Notes: generated by a model not told the origin, from the sequence alone. Positions 47,963-62,259 are shown, numbered from the stretch's first letter. The stretch is 64,000 nucleotides of DNA from Chara braunii (GCA_003427395.1 BFEA01000033.1:2737568-2801567); one strand, 5' to 3'. Numbers and translations: made by a program.

Positions 47963-49047
47963 NNNNNNNNNNNNNNNNNNNNNNNNNNNNNNNNNNNNNN
48001 NNNNNNNNNNNNNNNNNNNNNNNNNNNNNNNNNNNNNNNNNNNNNNNNNNNNNNNNNNNNNNNNNNNNNNNNNNNNNNNNNNNNNNNNNNNNNNNNNNNN
48101 NNNNNNNNNNNNNNNNNNNNNNNNNNNNNNNNNNNNNNNNNNNNNNNNNNNNNNNNNNNNNNNNNNNNNNNNNNNNNNNNNNNNNNNNNNNNNNNNNNNN
48201 NNNNNNNNNNNNNNNNNNNNNNNNNNNNNNNNNNNNNNNNNNNNNNNNNNNNNNNNNNNNNNNNNNNNNNNNNNNNNNNNNNNNNNNNNNNNNNNNNNNN
48301 NNNNNNNNNNNNNNNNNNNNNNNNNNNNNNNNNNNNNNNNNNNNNNNNNNNNNNNNNNNNNNNNNNNNNNNNNNNNNNNNNNNNNNNNNNNNNNNNNNNN
48401 NNNNNNNNNNNNNNNNNNNNNNNNNNNNNNNNNNNNNNNNNNNNNNNNNNNNNNNNNNNNNNNNNNNNNNNNNNNNNNNNNNNNNNNNNNNNNNNNNNNN
48501 NNNNNNNNNNNNNNNNNNNNNNNNNNNNNNNNNNNNNNNNNNNNNNNNNNNNNNNNNAGTCCGGTACTAACCTGTGAAGGTGGCGCCTTGTTGCAGGTAC
48601 ATCGAAGACGAAGCTGGAGCTATGGCGCCGCAGGTAAGTCTCCCTGGCCTCCGCCAACCATCTCTCTCTCTCCAACGCTACTCTAGCTCCTAATAGCGCC
48701 CAGCGCTGAAGACTACTGCTAATGCTACTACTACTACTGCAGCGCTCCTCCAGAGTGCTGCTGCTGAATCCTGAAGACTGCCTCCTGCCTCCTGCACGTG
48801 AAGTGCCTGGGAAGTCCCTATGAACTGCCTCCTGACTGCCTGCAACCTGTAGGGCGGGCCAGTCTTATATAGTGCTGGCCCATCCAGGAGGCTGCTCTTG
48901 CCAATGCCAAAACGTGCCAGACCCTGGCGTTGAAGTTCAAACTTCAAACAAAGGTTGTCTTGAAAACAGGCCAAAAATGGCCTGTGCTAAAACCCTGGTC
49001 TGGTGCCTAAGTTTAAGGGCAGGTCGAATTTATGAGGGCCTGCAAAT

Positions 49048-49240
49048 GGCCCTCGTTTTCAGGCTTTTGGGCTGAAGCGACACAGGGCCTGTAGGCCCTT
49101 GTTTTCAGGCTTTCAGGAAGAAACGACACAGGGCCTGTAGGCCCTTGTTTTCAGGCTTTTGGGCTGAAAACGACACAGGGCCTGTAGGCCCTTGTTTTCA
49201 GGCTTTTAGGCTGAAAACGACACAGGGCCTGGAAGGCCCT
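49048..49240. repeat. Tandem array of ~46-bp hairpin-forming units (about 4 copies)
   Basis: Unit GGCCCTTGTTTTCAGGCTTTTGGGCTGAAAACGACACAGGGCCTGTA, with GGCCCT/AGGGCC and TTTTCAG/CTGAAAA self-complementary. Confidence 0.85.
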
Positions 49241-49904
49241 GATTTTCTGTCTGGTCGGGCCTTGCAGGCCCGTGTGGCTGTGCAGTATGCCACAGGTCAT
49301 TAGATGCAACAAGGTGTGGGATGTTGGGAAATTATATTTCTCTGAGGACCAGTACTTGGCCCAGCTATGGCCGTGGAAAAAAATAGAGTAGAAAAGTTTC
49401 TAGTCGGATGAATTTGGGTGCTCCTGTAGTGGCCCGTACGTTTCCTAAAACCGTGGCTCGTTAATGGGCACGACTTTAGGAAGTACTGGTGGTTTAAGGG
49501 CCAGAACAGTTTGGATCCAAAGCGACAAGCCATGATGAGGACAAAGAAAACAGATGGGCTTCGAGAGCCATAAGCCTTAAGACACTCAAATTCTCAATCA
49601 AACAGGTGTTCATAAGTTCTTGCGCTTCGTTGAAGTTCATCCATAGTTTTGACAACATCAGGGTCGCACACGATTACTCCGATCTTTTGTTCACAAAATA
49701 GAGTTTAATAAACTCAGTAAAACTCTTTTCCATAAGTGTGGTCCAGAAGTGTTAGATTTTTCGAACCATACTTGCAATGCACCGCGCATGCCGAAGTGTG
49801 TGCATGCATTGCAGAGTCAGTACCACGTTCACACACTGCACATTGGCGTAGATGTACCTGAACGTCCCTTTTTTCAATTCCAAGAAAGTTGCTGTAGTCA
49901 TCAC

Positions 49905-52900
49905 TTTTTTTTTTTTTTTTCCCTATAATAATAAAAAAAACAGGTCCGTATGGTCCTGGCTCCATATCCATTCTGGGGAGCATCAGTCCGGTTCCTGTCC
50001 ACCGGCAAGTCGAGAATTGGAATACATGGTGAACACTCTCACGCTTCCTTCCGTCTGGGCGAAGGAACCCTAACCAGCATTGATTGCTCCCATGTACGAG
50101 GATTGACTGTCAGCTTGCCCTACCGCTTTTCCTCTCGGAATCCATTTTGATTCTGTCATATAGTTCGTGTGCAACAAGAAAAGAGGAGAGTTGTCCATAT
50201 TGTTGAGATTGTAATCTCAATTTGCCCAGCACTGGGTCATCGTCCTTGCTGGAGTTGCGCTGTGCCATTTCTTCCAAATCAATCTATTATCTGCCACTGT
50301 TGCAAATCTTTCCCTGTAGGAGCCAGTCTCTCATGAAAGAACGTCTCTTGGTGGCTAGCCTTTCTGGTCTGACTTTCTTTGTTGATGTAACCTCCCTCCA
50401 TCTGCACCGAATCTCACTTTCCGTCATACTCAACAGTAGGGCCCACATTTCTTCCATTGCCACCTCCGCTCTCTCGATAGTCTTGATACACCTCCTTTTC
50501 CAGATCACCCACAGAGCCAGCTTCCTGAGAAGGTGAAACCAGGTTTCCTTGCCACCTTTGAGATTGTTAGTACTGTCGGATATGAGGAGGATGTTTTGAG
50601 GAGATGTGGGGAAAGGGGGTGATTAGAAGAGGAGGGACCATAGGTCGCGAGCTTTGTTCCATATTCAGGCTGCTTCGGTGCAGTACAAGAGGCAATGGGG
50701 TATGCCTTCTGGTCTGTTGTCTGTCACATAACACATAATGCGGAGCTGTCGGGATCCGCATTTTTCCTCCCCTTGTGGAGCCATTGGTTAATGGGCAGGA
50801 ATGCGTGGGCTACGAGCCACTGCATGCTTTGGATCCTAACCGGTCTGATGGACAGGTACTTCGTCCAGGGGATGGAAACGGGGTCAGTAGGTTCTAGGTC
50901 CCAGGATATCCCTCCATTTTTCTTTGAGTCTGGGATCCGGGTCTGTAGTTTGTAATCCTAAGTCATAACCGAATTTTACAACGTATTAGAATATCGTTGT
51001 CNTATCCCTCCATTTTTCTTTGAGTCTGGGATCCGGGTCTGTAGTTTGTAATCCTAAGTCATAACCGAATTTTACAACGTATTAGAATATCGTTGTCATT
51101 CTCCCGGATTTCCCCTGTTTCCAGATCCACTCTTTCGGGTCGAATTCNAGGTCTGAGATGCAGAGATCAGGTTGGAAGATTATCCAGGGTTTGGCTTTTG
51201 TGACCCTCACTTTTCTCAATCGGAAGGATTCTAGAATGTCACACTGGGGTTCTTTGTTCATAACTTCCAGCTTTTGTAGGTTGTGATTAGTGATCGGGTA
51301 GGAGAAGAATTTGGAGAGGTAGCTGGGTGCATTGGTTCGAGAAACAAATCGGTAAGCTCTGGGAGGCTGGGTTTGGGAAATGAGTATGCCCCAGTCCCCA
51401 GATTTCCACGAGAAGTCCTCCCTTAAGAGGGAGAGCCACTGTGTTGGGATGCTTTTCTATATCTGTGTTAGATTTTCTGTGAGGGCGTGGAAGCCTTTTA
51501 ATTCATTTTGGAGCTCCTGTTCGGTTAACCATTGTCTTCGATCTTCTGCCCAAATGTGTTTTACCTGCCGCACCCTTTTTTCCACCCAGGATAGCCATCT
51601 CCTGTCTTTTGTGCGTAGTGTCCAGGGTGAGCCACTCGGGTCTATGATCCAGGAATTGCAGAACAAGGGTTGTCTCAAGACCTCTTCTCTGTTTCCTGGT
51701 GCACCCTGTTTGTTCGGCATCATTTTTCGCCAGACGAGGGTTGGCTTCCAGTATGGATTTGCTGTTGGAGTAGGGCTTGTAATTCGTTCTGTTGGGTTCC
51801 TTCTGCTCTGTCAGCCTGATTTGATTGTCCAGTCCTTCGCCATTATCCAGAAGAGACCTCTCATGTTGAGAGGGGAGTTGATAGGTGCTAGATTTCGGAT
51901 GCTGTCCAGAGCCATTTGGGTCCATGGAATGGATTGTCTTATGAGGATGTTGATAATCCATTTCATCTGCAGTGATACGGATTTCTTGTTTGGGATCAAT
52001 AAGCCCCAACTCCCCCTCCTGCGGTTTCCTGATGATGTGGTTCCAGTCTACCCTGTCGATACACGTGGTCCTGTTGGGGTATCTGGTCCATAAGTAGCAT
52101 CTGGCCCGTTTTTTAAACATTAGGTCATCGTCGGGGGGGGGACCAGATGGATGCCATGTACCACAGTGTGGAGACGATTGCCGTGTTAATTAGTAGTGCT
52201 CTTCCGATTAACGAGGCCTGGGCATTTTTGCACGGGGCCATGTGAGTGATTGCCCTAACGACTAGGTTTTGGCCCATGCCTGGCCACACTCCGTCCTTGT
52301 TTATCACGATACCAAGGAATCTTAGTGCCTGATCTCCTGTAGACCATGACATGGGCGTGGTTGTATCGACCGGTTGGGGTGGGGTCCCGTCTGCTAGCCA
52401 CCATCCTTCAATTTTGCCCCAATTGACCTTCATTTCCGATGCCAGTCTAAAGGCTTCCATTGCTCTTACAAGGGCTTGGAATGAGCAGTTGTTGGCACGA
52501 ATGAGGACAGTGAGGTCGTCGGCGAACATTAGCGCAGTGGGTAGGGAAAAGTCGTGTAATGGATGAAAGTTGCGTTCAGTAAGGCGGTCAATGGAAGGGT
52601 CATTCCGAAGGAAGGAGGCTACCTGATCTCGAGATCGGCCCTTGCAAACAGAATCACAAAGCTAACAAACAAATGCTTTCATATCAACCAACCAGGTTCT
52701 ATCCCTGGCCCGTCCATACTAGATAATGTGATGGCACTAAATGCGGCAGCAACGAAGATCACGGAAAAACGAATGAAGGCAGCAATCCTGTTTTTTGACT
52801 TCGAAAAGGCCTACGATCAGGTCAATTGGGACTTCCTGCATGCCTGCATGGAGAAAATCGGGGTAGGCCTCTGAAAGAATCCTATTGACCTGAACTCTGC

Positions 52901-53850
52901 CTATTGCGTCTGAATAGAGGACTCTTAACCCATTCTCTGAACTTGGGGCCTACCCCGATTTTCTCCATGCAGGTATGCCGGAAGTCCCAATTGACCTGAT
53001 CGTAGGCCTTTTCGAAGTAAAAAAACAGGATTGCTGCCTTCATTCGTTTTTCCGTGATCTTCTTTGCTGCCTCATTTAGTGCCATCACGTTATCTAGTAT
53101 GTACCGACCAAGGATAAAACCTGCTTGGTTGATATGAAAGCATTTGTTTGTTAGCTTTGTGATTCTGTTTGCAAGGGCCGATCTCGAGATTGGGTAGGTC
53201 TCTGAAAGAATCCTATTGACCTGAACTCTGCCTGTTGCGTCTGAATAGAGGACTCTAACCCATTCTCTGAACTTGGGGCCTACCCCGATTTTCTCCATGC
53301 AGGCATGCAGGAAGTCCCAATTGACCTGATCGTAGGCCTTTTCGAAGTCAAAAAACAGGATTGCTGCCTTCATTCGTTTTTTCGTGCTCTTCTTTGCTGT
53401 CTCATTTAGTGCCATCATGTTATCTGGTATGTACCGGCCAGGGATAAAACCTGCTTGGTTGATATGAAAACATTTGTTCGTTAGCTTTGTGATTCTGTTT
53501 GCAAGGGACTTAGCGAGGATGTCGTAGGGAGTGGTGAGTAGTGGTATGGGTCTATAGTTTTTCAGGTCCTCTTTGTCTCCCTTTTTGTGCAGCGGAGATG
53601 CCATGCTGGTGCTTAGTTCCTTACCTAGGCTTCCTTTAGCCTGCTGTCGTTAAGAACTCGAGCAGGTCCTCTCCTAGAGTCGGCCACAAGTAGCTTCAAA
53701 ATTCTTTCGAGAGGCCGTCGATGCTCGGAGCTTTGTCATTTCCCATCTGTGTCAGGGCTACGTGTAGCTCAGCCAGTGTTAGGGGTTTGTCCAGGCCTTC
53801 CGCTTGAGCTGTCGAGATCGTTTTGTCTAGGTACATCACATTTGTATTTT
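49905..53850 (-). mobile_element. 5'-truncated, rearranged L1/Tx1-type LINE with poly(A) tail
   Basis: Minus-strand fragments KAPSIDGLSKEF, KKGDKEDLKNYRPI, FFDFEKAYDQVNW, MFADDLTV, EEVLRQPLFCNSWI and a CCHC remnant (HCLLYC); T tract at 49905-49920. Same family as the + copy at 54236. Confidence 0.92.
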
Positions 53851-54235
53851 CAAGTATTCCTAAAAATGGCTTTCCTTTTGGGCACTTTCCCCCCCTCCCC
53901 AAAGGCCTTCCTCAAGCATATTTTTTCTTGTACCTTCATCTTCAGGAAGGTCTTTCATTTCTTTTTGAATGAAAGTTAGGAAACTGAGAAGTCCACCTCT
54001 GCGTCTCCATTAGGTTGACAAATGGTGAGACATGAACAAAACTTGTACAGATTGAATGTGACCATCAACAGTCTTTCAGTTTTCCTTTTTCGATTTGAGA
54101 CTTTTTTGGCTTATTTTAGTATTCCAAGTTTCTAATTTCTGCTTATCATAAATGAGGGGGCAGGATAGGATATTGGATCATGGCTAATCAAGGCCAACAG
54201 GGTAGGACTGGGTACTTCAATTAGTCTCCCGCTGC

Positions 54236-57200
54236 TTGATTAGTTACCTTGTGCAAAGAGTCAAAAGGGAAAGGGAGCACGCTTTCGACATTCGTGTAGC
54301 CTGTCTTAAACATGCAGAGAACACTCAACTAATTGGCAAGAGAAGCGTGTTTGGAGGGAATGGGATTTCAAAAAATCAATTTGAGGCTCTCAGGAAAGTC
54401 GGGACAGAGGAATTATCAGAATATACGGCCTTTAGGTATGCAGAAAAGAAAAGGGCAAGAGAACAAGGAGTGAAAGATAAGGACAAAACCATTCCTGGCT
54501 GCAAGGATGAACTCCAAAATCTGAGACCCAATAAATGGAAATCAGGGAAGAACCTGAAGAAAAAGGAGAACATTGTAGATCCAACAGATCAAATGGAAAC
54601 CGAGGAAGAATCGGGACGCTCCCTACTGGAAAAAGAAGCAGCAGTGATACTAGCCCAAACAGACAAANTGAAGAGGATGAATGAGGAGTATGCCCCAGAG
54701 TTCGTTACAATTGAGCACATCGCCAAAAAGGCAGCACCCCTCGTGGAGGAAACCGCAAGATCTGCACGGATCACCTTGATGAACATTCGACCNGAGTTCG
54801 TTACAATTGAGCACATCGCCAAAAAGGCAGCACCCCTCGTGGAGGAAACCGCAAGATCTGCACGGATCACCTTGATGAACATTCGACCACTNATAGCAGC
54901 AAGGTATGTGTCAGGGTTAAGTGAGTGGCAGATTGCTACGGATGTATCCTTCCAGATCCCGGGCTTCNAGGAAGGTCAANATGTAGCTNATATCCTCCGG
55001 AAAAAGNTAACCACTGCATACCCACTGGGAGTCTACGATACANTTCCAAATGAAACAGCACAAGAAGACACACACTCTCAAGTGGGTCAAGAGCNAGATG
55101 ACCAGCATGAGGAAACACCCATGGACTCAAGGAAACATCCACCCCACGCATTCACACCGCTGATTGTCAAGCTGCCAGAAACNGCACAGCTGAGATCAGG
55201 GATGAGGTGGAGACCCTGGAGAACTGTAATGGCAGTCCCATACAGCATATTGGCAGGCTCAGGCCTGCCGGCGGAGCTAAACGCCGTCTCAATCGCAACC
55301 CTGGTCACAACAGGCACTTTGGAAGGGGATGGAGATTTAGACACCCGAGCGTACGCGGTCGACTNGGACCAGTTTTATAGGAGTGACGGATCAGACAACG
55401 ACTCATCGGGCTGGCCCTCGGATGGGGACTTCGAGGAAGACGNAGGAAAGACAGGTCAGGGGACAGATTTGGGAAAAGACGATGAGGGAAGCATAGGGCC
55501 ATACAAGATGGATGATACTGGATCGGGCTCACCCTCAGGGTCGATGCAGGACTCAGGGGGATCTGGCAGGGGAGAAGACCTGAAAGGAGGAGACACATGT
55601 GGCCTCAGTACTCCCTCTTAAAGGATAACTGTTCGGTCCAGGACCTGCAGTCAGCCTATAAGGTAGGGACAATAGAAGCCTTTAGGAAAACAGCCAACAC
55701 AAGGGTGGTCCAAGATGAATGGAGACACCAAGGGATTATTCTTCNATGTTGGAATGTCAATGGTTTGGGCAATGTGCAGGAAAAGGAAGACAAGATGTTT
55801 GATTTAATAAGCGGCCTAACAGTGAGCAACAAGAAGGTAGCAGACATCATACTGCTACAAGAAACCCATNTTACTGCATCTAGTGAACATACTAGAATAA
55901 AAAAGATGGTTGCAAGAAAGTTGGGAGGCATTAAGGAGGAGATATGGGCAGAGGACAGCACCTCAAGTACAAAAGGTACNNNNNNNNNNNNNNNNNNNNN
56001 NNNNNNNNNNNNNNNNNNNNNNNNNNNNNNNNNNNNNNNNNNNNNNNNNNNNNNNNNNNNNNNNNNNNNNNNNNNNNNNNNNNNNNNNNNNNNNNNNNNN
56101 NNNNNNNNNNNNNNNNNNNNNNNNNNNNNNNNNNNNNNNNNNNNNNNNNNNNNNNNNNNNNNNNGTGGCAGGAGACTGGAATGCCACTCTAGACCCCTCC
56201 ATGGACCGCATATCCCGTTCACCCAACTTGGGTACTTCTCAAGAGGCCTTGCCAATCCAAAAACTGATGTTAGATCATGGTCTGATCGACCCCTTCAGAA
56301 CCTTTCACCCATCCACCAGAGCATTCTCGTTAGTTAAAAAGAACCATGCTCAACACACAACTTTTTCACGAATAGATTACTTCTTAGTCTCAGAGACATC
56401 GATGGGGGCAGTCAAAGACACACAGATACTATCCCTAGCTCCATATACAGGACTAGACCACAAGCCCATTGAACTGATAATCAGTTTTGAACAGTCGGTC
56501 AAAAAAGGGAACAGCTTTCACAAACTAAACAACTCCCTGCTAATGAGTCAAACCTTTCAAGAAGGGGTGAGTGAATGATGGCAAGCCAAAGGAACTCTCT
56601 CCTAGCAACTCAGGATCGATGGGAATGGTTCCAAAAAAGCTATCTGGACCTGTCAAAGACGGCAACAAAACTCTCTAGGAATCTTTCCTCCATTAGGAAA
56701 CAAAGAAGGCAGACCTTGGAATCGGCGTTGAAGATCGCAGAGGTCAATCTGAGTAATAACGCCTCCTCCCAGCTAAACCAGGAAGTCTTTGAAAAAGCCC
56801 GGGAGGAATTAGCGTTATGGAGATGGCGGGACCTGAAGGGTCTACAAATTAGGTCCAGAATGAATGAATACGAACTCAGCGAGTCAATGTCCAAACATTT
56901 TTTCGCACGCATTAAGGCCAACTCTCGGGCAAGCACCATAGAAAGACTAAGAACTCTCTCGCCCCCGGAGGAGACGATGTCTACCAGTGAAGACCTATTA
57001 GAAATAGCAAAAACTTTCTACCAAGACCTATACCAGACTAAAACACGGTCACCCGTCTCGATGGCAACAAGAGAAGCGAGACAAAGAATGTTGCAGTATT
57101 TGGAACAAACAATCACAGCCGGAGAAGCGGAAGCCATGGACAAACCAATCACGAAAGAAGAACTACACCAAGCGCTCCTAAGCATGAAAAACGAAAAAAC

Positions 57201-60180
57201 ACCAGGCATCGACGGCCTTTCCAAGGAATTTTGGGTCAAATTTTGGCCTCTCTTGGGGGAAGATCTAATGAACTTCTGCGAAGACAGCTGGCTCAAAGAG
57301 GGGCTAGGTAACCTCATTAGTAGCAGTGTGATTACTTTGTTATACAAAAAAGGTGATAGAGAAGACATTAGGAACTACAGACCGATCTCCTTGCTGACAC
57401 TCCCATATAAGATACTAGCAAAAGCACTGGCAGCGAGAATCACAGGTATAACGGACAAATGCTTTCATATTGATCAAACAGGCTTTATTCCTGGTAGGTA
57501 TATATTGGATAACGTGCTAACCTTAAACGAAGCAGTCTGCAAAGTCAGAGAGAAAAGGATAAACACGGCAATACTCTTCTTTGATTTTGAAAAAGCATAC
57601 GACCAAGTCAACTGGTCCTTCATGGATGCCAGTATGGAACGGATGGGAGTGGGACCAAATTTCAGAAAGTGGATCAAAATCTTATACAAAGATGCCATGG
57701 GCTGTGTACAGGTTAATGGATTCCTCTCTGAAAGCTACCCAATATCCAGATCAGTCAGACAGGGGGATCCTCTGGCACCATCAATCTTCCTATTCGTGAT
57801 GGAAGCCATCGCATCATTCCCAAGGAAAGACCCCTCAATCCAGCGACTTCCAGAAGTAAATGCCGGATCTGCACACCACATGAGCTTCCCGACAGCGATT
57901 ATGTTCGCAGATGACCTGACAGTCTTGATTCGAGCCTCTGACTCCTCTTTCAAATCACTGGCCAAAGCGATGGAGGCGTTTAGACTAGCGTCTGAGATGA
58001 AGATAAACTGGAAAAAGACTATTGGGTGGTGGCTTTCAGACGAAGACCCTCCAACTCTTCAAGGTCCAGAGTCGGCTATGACATGGGATACACCAGAAAC
58101 ACCCACCCACTACCTGGGTATTTTGATGACTAAGGATGGGCTGGCTCCTCAAATGGCACAGAACATCCTAACCAAACAAATCAATAAGCTGGGAAGATGG
58201 GGGAGTGTTTTCACCTCACTAATTGGCAGAGCGCTGGTACTTAATACTTCGGTCTTCTCGATGATGTGGTATATTACTTCGATATGGACAATACCGGACA
58301 GCTCACTAAAGGAATTGAACTGCTCAGCTAGGAATTACCTATGGTCAGGGAACCCCAATAAAAGGAACAGCATACCCAAGATTGCATGGCAATACATCAC
58401 GAGGAAGCCGCTCTATGGGGGCCTAGGTATCATTGACCCTAAAGCCGAGACAAAAGCCCTCCAAGTCAAATGGGTGATTAAACTACTGATGAAACCAGAG
58501 AGCCCATGGAATAAGCTGGCACTTGATAGCATCAGGGCCCTGGCACCTAAAGCCTCCCCCGAAAATATGGCCGGACTGTTTTGGATAATGACTAGGGAAT
58601 TGAAACTCATAACGGGCAGGAGAAGGCAGAAAGACGAACCATCCCAACTCACCACCGCATACTGGTCGACACTGATCCGGACATGGAGAGAAATATTACC
58701 AAAAAGAGTAAACAGGCCAAGGTCCGTCGATGAGGTCCTAAGACAACCACTTTTTGGTAACAGTTGGATAACCGACGAGGCAGACACCCCCCTTGTCCTA
58801 GAACACAAATGGCTCTCTTGGGTCAAAAACAGAGTATGGACAGTGAGTCATCTATGGAAGGAAGAAAGAAAGGAATGGATAAATGAACAAGAATTGAAGA
58901 TGATACTGAAGGGCTGTCATAAAAGAGGACCCAACCTTGGTTATATCCTGGATAAAATCCCTACAAACTGGAAAGATATCTTAAAGGAAGCCATACAGTG
59001 GAAGACTGGGGAGTGGGGACTTAAGGTGCAGGAATACCCCCCCTCAAGAGCATATCAATTCTCTCATATGCACCCGGGATCAACCACACAAGCTGTCTTT
59101 ACGTCCTTCCCGATTTCATCTTCGCTTCAAGGTAGGCCTCTGATTTTAAACAAGGAGGTAGAGACGGTAGTTATGGAATACTATTTACTTCGAAAAGTCA
59201 GAGTGCTAGACCAATGGCCAAAACAGATCTTTAGATCAGAGACGGCAGTAAGGAACCTGGAATTTGATCCAGCAGAATGGGCTTGGACACCAGACAAAGT
59301 TAGGAATATCAACTCTAGGACCCCGATATACAATTACACAGTAAAAATCGGATATAAACTTCTGGTCAAAACAAAAGACCCAGCTCCGGTCATCAAAGAG
59401 AGATGGCAGAAATTGTTAGGATATGATGACGATAACCTCTCCCAGATCCCCTGGAAGAGATATAAAACTATAAAACCGATCAAAATCAGAAGCCTTCAGT
59501 GGCTTATCGCATATGCCGCACTACCGGTAAATAAATGGTTACACACAAGACGACACAAAAACGATCCTAGCAGCTTGGACCTATGCACGGTCTGCACCGA
59601 AGGAAGACAAGAAGACATAGTTCACTGCCTACTATACTGCAACGAGGCTACAGAATACTGGGCAAGGGCAACAGCTCTATGGGACTCTCTCTTCAGCTCA
59701 CCCTTCCCCGAACACCCTACCCAACTTCTTCTCTGGACTAACCTTCCTGACTATCTCAAAAAGACAGAACGACTGTGGTTTGGACTAATCAGGAAAGTGA
59801 CACTGTGGATCATCTGGAAAGAAAGATGTGGCAGAACCATTGAAGGTCTCTCCAACCCACGAGAAAAGGTATGGGGGGAAACAAAAACCTAGTTACAGCC
59901 AGAAATCCAGTGCAGATGGTGGAGACAGAGGCGATCGATGCCGGAAGAGGAGGACATGCAAGAAAAGATCAGGGAAAGCTTCAGCAAGCGATGGCTGTTA
60001 GAAGGCAAGGTGGCGGAACTCCGGGGTGATAGACTACTTTGGAAGGATTGGCACAATTCAGAATCCAGTGGGCGGAATCAGATGGCAACAGCTCTGGAAA
60101 GACATCTGAGCTAAGTGGAAACATGAGGCATCCATAGAGAAAATAATACAGCCTAAGCAAGGAGTAGGGTTTAGGGTTTA
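54236..60180 (+). mobile_element. L1/Tx1-type LINE: partial ORF1 (54236-55621) and ORF2 APE-RT-CCHC (55597 to about 60114, frameshifted)
   Basis: Endonuclease CWNVNGL, DIILLQETH, GDWNA, SRIDYF, LDHKPI; RT KTPGIDGL, NYRPISLL, FDFEKAYD, VRQGDPLAP, FADD; C-terminal CTVC...HCLLYC. One frameshift at about 56575 and an in-frame stop at 59890. The 3' end runs into an N gap. Confidence 0.95.
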
Positions 60181-60858
60181 AGGNNNNNNNNNNNNNNNNN
60201 NNNNNNNNNNNNNNNNNNNNNNNNNNNNNNNNNNNNNNNNNNNNNNNNNNNNNNNNNNNNNNNNNNNNNNNNNNNNNNNNNNNNNNNNNNNNNNNNNNNN
60301 NNNNNNNNNNNNNNNNNNNNNNNNNNNNNNNNNNNNNNNNNNNNNNNNNNNNNNNNNNNNNNNNNNNNNNNNNNNNNNNNNNNNNNNNNNNNNNNNNNNN
60401 NNNNNNNNNNNNNNNNNNNNNNNNNNNNNNNNNNNNNNNNNNNNNNNNNNNNNNNNNNNNNNNNNNNNNNNNNNNNNNNNNNNNNNNNNNNNNNNNNNNN
60501 NNNNNNNNNNNNNNNNNNNNNNNNNNNNNNNNNNNNNNNNNNNNNNNNNNNNNNNNNNNNNNNNNNNNNNNNNNNNNNNNNNNNNNNNNNNNNNNNNNNN
60601 NNNNNNNNNNNNNNNNNNNNNNNNNNNNNNNNNNNNNNNNNNNNNNNNNNNNNNNNNNNNNNNNNNNNNNNNNNNNNNNNNNNNNNNNNNNNNNNNNNNN
60701 NNNNNNNNNNNNNNNNNNNNNNNNNNNNNNNNNNNNNNNNNNNNNNNNNNNNNNNNNNNNNNNNNNNNNNNNNNNNNNNNNNNNNNNNNNNNNNNNNNNN
60801 NNNNNNNNNNNNNNNNNNNNNNNNNNNNNNNNNNNNNNNNNNNNNNNNNNNNNNNNNN

Positions 60859-60909
<51 letters not shown>

Positions 60910-61558
60910 AGAAAATAACAACGACAGCAAAGTTGAACAAACAGAAAACAGTATGCGAACATTGCAAAGCCATTTGATGCGGGGAAAAAAAAAAAAGAGA
61001 TTGATACTTTGGTTGAGTTGAGAGAACAGAGCAGTGATGGGGAGCTATGGAGTGGGATGACAGCACAAAAAACTGAAGTGGATTTAAAGACGGAAATCGT
61101 GACTGCGCCCTAGGTACCCCAATAAAATTAGTTCCTGATCTCCCCAACTTCCCCATGAAGTTCGAGATGCAACAAATCCTATCTGTAAATTCTACACAAA
61201 GAATAGACAATCTATCGGGGACACGATAACAATGGGGGGAAGCAGAAAGGGGATGTAATGAGCCCACTCCATAGCGGGGTGGTGGGAAGGGGGGGGGGGG
61301 GGGGGCGGCGCGGCGCGGGAGGGGAGATTTTAATGCCAGAATTGAGATGGGGAATTGGCAGTGAACAGCAACAAGGTATGCTCAGATGGTAGAGATCGCT
61401 CTACTTGCTTTCTTCCTGTTTTTTATTGAAATTATAGAAGTCATCATAGAAAGTATTATGGAATAAAAATAAATAATATTATAAATAATAAAATTATAAT
61501 TAACAAATATTAAATTTAGAATGTGCCAATATGGCAATATGCTAATATAGTAACATAC

Positions 61559-61629
61559 CTGATCATTTCCAGTGTTTGAATGCTAAGGAACGTTTTTCTG
61601 CAGTACTCTCGAGCTGCTTTTGATCCTCC
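61559..61629 (-). CDS. DExH helicase exon (GGSKAAREYCRKTFLSIQTLEMI-R)
   Basis: Acceptor CCCAG, donor AG|GTATGT, 71 nt; typical C..FLS..L..I motif following HA2. Confidence 0.9.
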
Positions 61630-61924
61630 CTGGGCATGCCAATAATGAAGTAAAAAAATTGGAAAAAAAACATGAGAAAATGGGGGATGAAGATCACAAG
61701 GAATGTGAATGAGCTCCAAATTGCACAGGCACTGGAATCCCAAAAGTATTGCCTATAAAAAAAAAGAAAAAAAAAGAAAGCGCTGCCTCAACTCGTGTGC
61801 ATGCAACATATGCTAGTAAGTTGTAAGTTGTAACCCTTGCAATTGGCATGTCCTGAAAACACAAGCCACACTATAGAGGATAAAACGTAAAAAAAAAAAA
61901 TAATAATAATAATAGGAAAAACAA

Positions 61925-62217
61925 CTAGGCTACCAAAGTGGCCCTGGACCCGTTGCCCGGCCGGTCCAAAAAAAATAAAAAAATAAAGGGAAGGGTCTTC
62001 GATATCGGATATGTCCGAAACAACCTCGATTGGTAAAGAATTCCGATGTGACCCTGTTGCAAAAGTTAATCAGTTGATTTTTCTGCATAACATAGTTTTT
62101 TTTATTGGATTTATTGGATTTTTTTTTGTTTTTTTTTTTTTGGGCTGGGACCTTCCTGGGCACGGCTGGGCCGCCCGGGAAAACAAGGGGACCCGGGCGG
62201 CCCGGCTCATAGCCTAG
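61925..62217. mobile_element. hAT-like MITE
   Basis: Termini CTAGGCTA / TAGCCTAG; 8-bp TSD AAAAACAA / ATAAACAA (7/8 match); homolog at 7424-7872. Confidence 0.75.
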
Positions 62218-62259
62218 ATAAACAAGGAAAATTATAACTCTGATGAAGTCCTTTGAAGG

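Noticed and set aside
50908-51097. ~95-bp exact tandem duplication in the LINE
   Set aside because: A single N sits at the junction, and the same pattern occurs at about 54698-54888 and 26075-26260. This points to contig-overlap scaffolding artefacts.
60165-60183. Telomere-like TAGGGTTTAGGGTTTAAGG at the LINE 3' end (telomere targeting?)
   Set aside because: Only about 2 units before an N gap, and other family copies have longer 3' UTRs ending in poly(A). Insufficient evidence.
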